Shown: piece by piece, positions 57,951 through 64,000 of the stretch
Numbering within the stretch: the first letter of the stretch is position 1
How the letters are laid out: the number at the start of each line of letters is the position of its first letter
Source: Octopus vulgaris
Lineage: Eukaryota
DNA length: 64,000 nt
Reading direction: 5' to 3'
Assembly (NCBI GenBank): GCA_951406725.2
Contig: OX597837.1
Location: forward strand, 16,120,001-16,184,000
Translations under genes and position numbers: made by a program
The notes under the pieces: model-generated
Told to the model about the DNA's origin: nothing
Databases searched by the model: none
Seen by the model: only the letters and a program-made list of their open reading frames with translations

Positions 57951-58256
57951 GCCTAAATGTTCTGCTTGTTCATTATCTCTTGTAACGTAGACATGCATAT
58001 ATACTGATTTCAAAATTCGGCACAAAGCCAGCAGTTTCGGTGCAGGAGTTAAGTCGATTACATCGACCTCAGTGCTCATCCAGTAATTATTTTATCGACC
58101 CCGAAAGAATGAGAGGCAGAGTCGATCTCAGCGGAATTTGAACTCAGAATGTAGAGACGGACGAAATGCCGTTAAGCATTTTCACCGGATAATTTTAAAG
58201 ATTCTGCCAACTCGCCGACTTATATGTATACATATTGATGTCAAGAAGGATATGTA

Positions 58257-58301
<45 letters not shown>

Positions 58302-58305
58302 CTGT

Positions 58306-58353
<48 letters not shown>

Positions 58354-58358
58354 CTGTG

Positions 58359-58398
<40 letters not shown>

Positions 58399-58606
58399 CC
58401 TATATAAATACATACTCACACACATATAAATGTATGTGAGTATGTATACACGCATATCTATCGACAAATATATACGTAAATATGTTCTCTGTACATGTGT
58501 GTGTGTATGTGGGTGGCATATATAAACTTTACTTCTCTCACAAACACGTACACACAACAAACTATCTTTCCACCTACAGTGTGTGTGTGTGTGTGTGTGC
58601 GTGTGT

Positions 58607-58643
<37 letters not shown>

Positions 58644-59065
58644 CCTCTACGTCAACTCGTCACTGTCATATTCACTGTGTCAAAATTCGCCAATCTCTCT
58701 CCACTCACCTATCAACTGAAGTACCCACCTACCTCACCTCATACCTACTTATATGTCTACTAATATACCTACTTTCCTCTCAACTATATCCCTATACACC
58801 TTAATTACCCTCATCGTTACCTGTCTACATGCATATCTATCACTAATTACCTTCCTTCTACAGGTATCTATCTACCTGTCTCCTCGCTATCAACCCGCTC
58901 TCTCTCACTTACCTATCTACCTACCTATATAACTCCTAACTACATTGGTACCTAATTATCAGTCTCTCTGCTAACGCACCTGTCTATCTGCCAATTGATC
59001 TTCCTTCTCTTCCAATATCTCTCACTCTCTTGCTACCCTTTTCTAGATCGGAACATGCGGTTGTG

Positions 59066-59104
<39 letters not shown>

Positions 59105-59178
59105 CTCTCTCTCTTTCTCTCTATATATTTATACACACACACACACTCACACACACACACACACACACACATAAACAC

Positions 59179-60010
59179 ACGACGGTCGGCTGAAAGGTTC
59201 ACAGGTTGGACCAAATGAGGTCTATTTTTCAACATAGTCCCTCTTGCGACCCACACACTTCTTCCATCGGTGTTGCAGTGCTTAAATCACATTGGTGAAA
59301 AAACTTTCATCCTGTCGGTCAAAAAAGTCACCAACAGCATAATACGACGTCATAATCACGGCAATACTGCTTCTCAGCCAAGTGTCTTTTCGTTATTTTG
59401 GTTTTTTTTTCATGTTGGTGAACAAATGGTTGTGAAATGGAGCGAAACCAATAGAATACGGAGGCTGATCAATCAATCAGTTCAAAGCCAGTCACGCACA
59501 ACAGCCATTGAAACCGGGCACTTGTGTACTGGAGCATTGCCCTGATGAAATAAGACCCTTTCCGTCAGTTTTCCTAAGCATTTTGTCTTCATAGCCTTTC
59601 CTAGTTGCCTCAGTAAGTTGGCATAGTACTCTCCATTGATGGTGTGGCCCTTTCGCAGATAATCAATAAACACAATGCTCTTTTGCATCCAAGATCTCTG
59701 AGGCCATCACCTTCCCTGCAGATGAAATGATCTTGACTTTCTTTGGAGCCAGTAATAAGGTTTGTTTCCACTCTGTAGATGTCTCTTTGTCTCTGGCTCA
59801 AAGTGATGAGGCCAACATTCACGCTCGGTAAGGAAATATTCGAGAAAACCTGCTGAATCTGTCTCAGACAATGACAGATTTTCCCGTGATGTGACCAGCT
59901 TGGTGCGCTTTTAATCAGGTGTCAGAAGAGGTGGCACTCACCGAGCAGAAACCTTTGTCATGCCAAGTTCATTGAGCAGAATATTCTCAACTCTCTTATG
60001 GAATATGCTA
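59179..60010 (-). mobile_element. Degraded mariner transposon, same family as 25075-26273
   Basis: SIVFIDYLRKGHTINGEYYANLLRQL..VLFHQGNAPVH; ALQHRWKKCVGRKRDYVEK*; TIR-like cgacggtcggctgaaaggttc. Confidence 0.9.
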
Positions 60011-61052
60011 AAAATTCTTTTTTTAGAATTTGCGTTTCCAGTTTTGTACTCTGCAAAAAACAGAGGACACAGCCTTGTCGTGGTTGCCTTTTCTTTAGTT
60101 TACTTAAGTATTTCTGTCTTCCTTTCCTCTCTCCCCTCCCTCTCTCTCGCTCTCTTCCCTCCCTCTCTCTCGCTATCTTCCCTCCCTCTCTCTCTCGCTC
60201 TCTTCCCTCCCTCTCTCTCTCGCTCTCGCTCTCTCTCCTGCCAGTTGGTTCACCGCTTCATATGATCGGATACTGTCTTTCGCTAATGAGAGCGGCAACC
60301 CAGTGTCTTCAAGGATCTGAAGGATCCATCCTTTTAGCAGTCTACTAAATCTGGGGTTCACTAAGTCTTGGGGAAATGTCATTGCTATTGCAGGAAACTC
60401 TGATTCCAAATCCTTTCTGAAAACTGATTTTTCAACACATTCTACATTAAATGAATATCAAATTTTGTAATAAATACAAGAGAATTACTTGTGCATTAGA
60501 ATAAAAGGATGCAAGATTATTAATACTATTCTGTACTCGGTATTACTCTGCTGTGCAAGTTACCAGTAAACTAGTCTGGTGGCCGCAGAGTTTAAAATTC
60601 AGTTCGTAAATTAGCGCGGATTATAAGTTCCGAACGATCAATACCCGGAAAATTGGTGTTTTACTTTTATTCCACTGTTTATAATCCGGTTGTACCATTT
60701 CAATCTCTTCCTCCTCAGTATATCAGTGGTTCTCGATGTTTCGAGTTCAATTCTCCCTTTCGCCGTATGGCGCTTTACAAACACCCCTTCACAACGTTAA
60801 AAGAAAAAAAGCAGATTATTTTTATCAAACAGAAACTAATCTGGTCCACGTTTATTTCTCCATCCTTTTAATGTGTGTCTTTTGCTTGTTTGTTTGTTTG
60901 CTTTAGACATATTTATGGATTAGAGATGTTCCCTCAGTTAAATTTTTATGAAAATTACAAAAACGGGTGAGTAATTGACGAAATCATATTGGATCTTGGT
61001 GTAACATCAGTTACTTTTCTACTCACTGATAACAATATATACATAAACGTAA

Positions 61053-61085
<33 letters not shown>

Positions 61086-61333
61086 GTGTGTGTGTGTGCG
61101 TGTGTGCGCGTGTGTGTGTGTGCGTGCGTGAGTGTGCACGCACACCCACACACACACATTTGATACGGTCCACAAACAGACTTCTTTGATGGCAGACAAT
61201 TGCACTGTTTTATGGCTCATTTAGAATATAATTAAGAGTTAAAGCGAAGGCGTTTAGAGCCAACCACACAACTTGAAGACAACGGACTCGTATAGAAAAT
61301 ACGTACATACATATACACGCATATATAGACATA

Positions 61334-61387
<54 letters not shown>

Positions 61388-61400
61388 CGTGTGTGTGTGT

Positions 61401-61460
<60 letters not shown>

Positions 61461-61740
61461 GTGCGTGCGTGTGTGTGCGTGTGTGTAGAGAGAGAGAGAG
61501 GGAGAGAAAGAGAGAGAGAGGGAGAGAAAGAGAGACAGACTAACCGACAGAGAAAACAAGGTTTGCAATTATGAATAAGATTGTAGTGAAGAAAGTGCTG
61601 AAATAGCTCAGAATTGTGAGCAAATCGGAATATTTTTTATTCTGGCAGTTTTTGTTTGGATGAGGAAGTAAAGTAAAAAAAAGTCTCCAAGACGTTGACT
61701 GTTTCGAGGCGTTGGTCGCATAAAAACGGTTTCCATGCGG

Positions 61741-61953
61741 TACGAGGGCTGCTGAAAAGTCCTTGGCTTTGGATTCAATAAAATATATAAATAGGCGGAG
61801 CAGTTAATTATGATTTCATTCAACATTTTCCCTCTCAGATTCACACACTTATTCAGCAGCCCTTCAGTTCTTCTAAGCCCTGTAAAAGAACTGGGAAGGT
61901 TGAACCTCCACGCGATACCCTTAAAGCCAGGACTTTTTCAGCACCCCTTCCTA
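61741..61953. mobile_element. Mariner-derived MITE
   Basis: TIRs tacgagggctgctgaaaagtccttggcttt / aaagccaggactttttcagcaccccttccta, TA at both ends; internal minus-strand remnant NKCVNLRGENVE of a transposase C-terminus. Confidence 0.75.
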
Positions 61954-62652
61954 GTATAAGTGACCGAGATCACAATGTCTCCCTTCAACGGGACACCAAT
62001 CCGTAGCAGGTTTACTCGGTTATTTACAGCTGAGTGCATTGGAACAACATGAAATGAAGTGCTTTGCTCAAGACCGATCCAGGAAGCGAAATCCCGATCT
62101 TACGATTTAGAGTGCAACACCCTGACCACTAGGCCACCTGCCTTCACAGGCGAGAAGAAATGAATTCAAATAACATTGTGTAACACGATTTTTGTCCTTG
62201 GGCAGCAAGTGTTATTTGCTTTCTCTCGAGAGAGAATGAAAAATGGCTGATATTTCCTTCAAACTTTGCTTTTGTTATTCAAATTCCAAAGAATCCCTCT
62301 CAACGCATGGCTACGATGCTCCCCCACTGCTCCTACTCATCATCAGAGATGCACATATTGTCCACCACCAAGGGACATGCTCAAGAGGTTAATGTCAAGC
62401 AACTGACAATCAAATCTGTGCAGAATATTTCCTATGAGATATTTCTGCTTCGGCAACTTTGTGCTGAATCGATTTGAAATGTAATGGGAAATAAATCAGT
62501 TTCAAAAGAACCAGAGAAATGCTTCCCAACCAAATGGTTTTGCCTCCAGCCTCACTGGGCGGCGGCGCCTTGGCCAAGTGTTTTCTGTTATTAATCCGGG
62601 TCGACTAAAGCTTTGTGAGTCGTTTGGAAGAAACAAAGAAGCTCGTCGTACA

Positions 62653-62741
<89 letters not shown>

Positions 62742-63024
62742 TAAACGACAACCAATGAAAACACTCGGAACAGTTTTGATCTCTCAGTTGCCATCTCACT
62801 TTGATCTCAGAATGCCTCCAAGAAAGTTCTCCTGTCCAAGTAAAGAATCATTGCTCTCTATCATGGGAAATGCATTATTTTCTGAAACTACTTCTGAAAC
62901 TTTTTCTACGCCTGTATCGCAATGATATCATTGTTAATAAAGACAACCGAAAGTGCTTCATTTCCAGAATGTCTCTTCTCTACATATTTTTAGACTTTAG
63001 AGTCCACGTTTGCCTGGCGTTAAG

Positions 63025-63280
63025 GATAGGTGAATAATGCTTGATAGGTGAATAATGCTTGATAGGTGAATAATGCTTGATAGGTGAATAATGCTTGATT
63101 GGTGAATAATGCTTGATAGGTGAATAATGCTTGATAGGTGAATAATGCTTGATTGGTGAATAATGCTTGATAGGTGAATAATGCTTGATAGGTGAATAAT
63201 GCTTGATTGGTGAATAATGCTTGATAGGTGAATAATGCTTGATAGGTGAATAATGCTTGATTGGTGAATAATGCTTGATA
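63025..63280 (+). repeat. 18-bp minisatellite GATWGGTGAATAATGCTT x14 with a higher-order pattern
   Basis: Unit order AA(AAB)x4, where A = gatagg.. and B = gattgg.. Confidence 0.95.
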
Positions 63281-63454
63281 ACGATGCAGTTGTCGATTAA
63301 TTAAAGTTATTGTGCTCGCTACATTGGAGATTTTTTAGCACATGCTCCACTACGATCTTATTGATAATTGCAAACCTTGTTCTCTCTCTCCCTCCTCTCC
63401 CCTCTCCCTCTATCTCTCTCTTTCTCTGTATACATGCATAAATGTGTGTATATG

Positions 63455-63554
<100 letters not shown>

Positions 63555-64000
63555 CTGAGAAAAAGATAGAGAGAGACAAAAACAGAGATACTCAGACCCG
63601 CACAAATGTCTGTATGTGTGTGTATATGTGATTGCATGTTTATATGTACGCATGCATGTATGTATGCATGTTCTATACTGGCCCGTTGTCTTCAAGTTGT
63701 GTGGTTGGCTCTAACGCGTCAGAGTCTTAAGTCTTTAGTATCGGCTAAATGAGCCGTAAAGCCGTGCAATTGTCTGCTATCAAAGAAATTTGTTTGTGAA
63801 CCGTATAAAACATACATACATTCATACATACATACATACATACATACATACATACATACATACATACATACATACATACATACATACATACATACATACA
63901 TACGTGTATATATACATATATATACATACATACACACACACATACATACACATATGAAACCACATTTATGGAAGCTAAAGTAGATTTATTATCCAAACTT

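Noticed and set aside
63025-63280. CRISPR-like array
   Set aside because: The repeats are contiguous with no unique spacers, there are no cas genes, and the context is eukaryotic.

Overview
Repeat-saturated eukaryotic DNA, most likely from an octopus (coleoid cephalopod). This is inferred from the extreme (TA)n/(CA)n/(TATC)n/(TTC)n content and from SINE and LINE families that resemble octopus repeats as I recall them. The only credible host coding sequence is two minus-strand exons about 47 kb apart (4123-4639 and 51614-52247). Each encodes a signal peptide plus a complete 10-Cys Frizzled CRD of SFRP1/2/5 type. They are about 60% identical, and both end at the same phase-1 GT donor. I could not find netrin (NTR) domain exons between them. 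They may therefore be alternative 'variable' first exons spliced to shared downstream exons outside the window, rather than two complete tandem genes. The rest is transposon debris: RTE, CR1-like, R4/Dong, HERO, Penelope-like, mariner, Helitron, hAT and mariner MITEs, and tRNA-derived SINEs. It includes several type-I hammerhead ribozyme motifs, some inside long palindromes next to (TA)n tracts. All calls are by eye, and TE boundaries are approximate.
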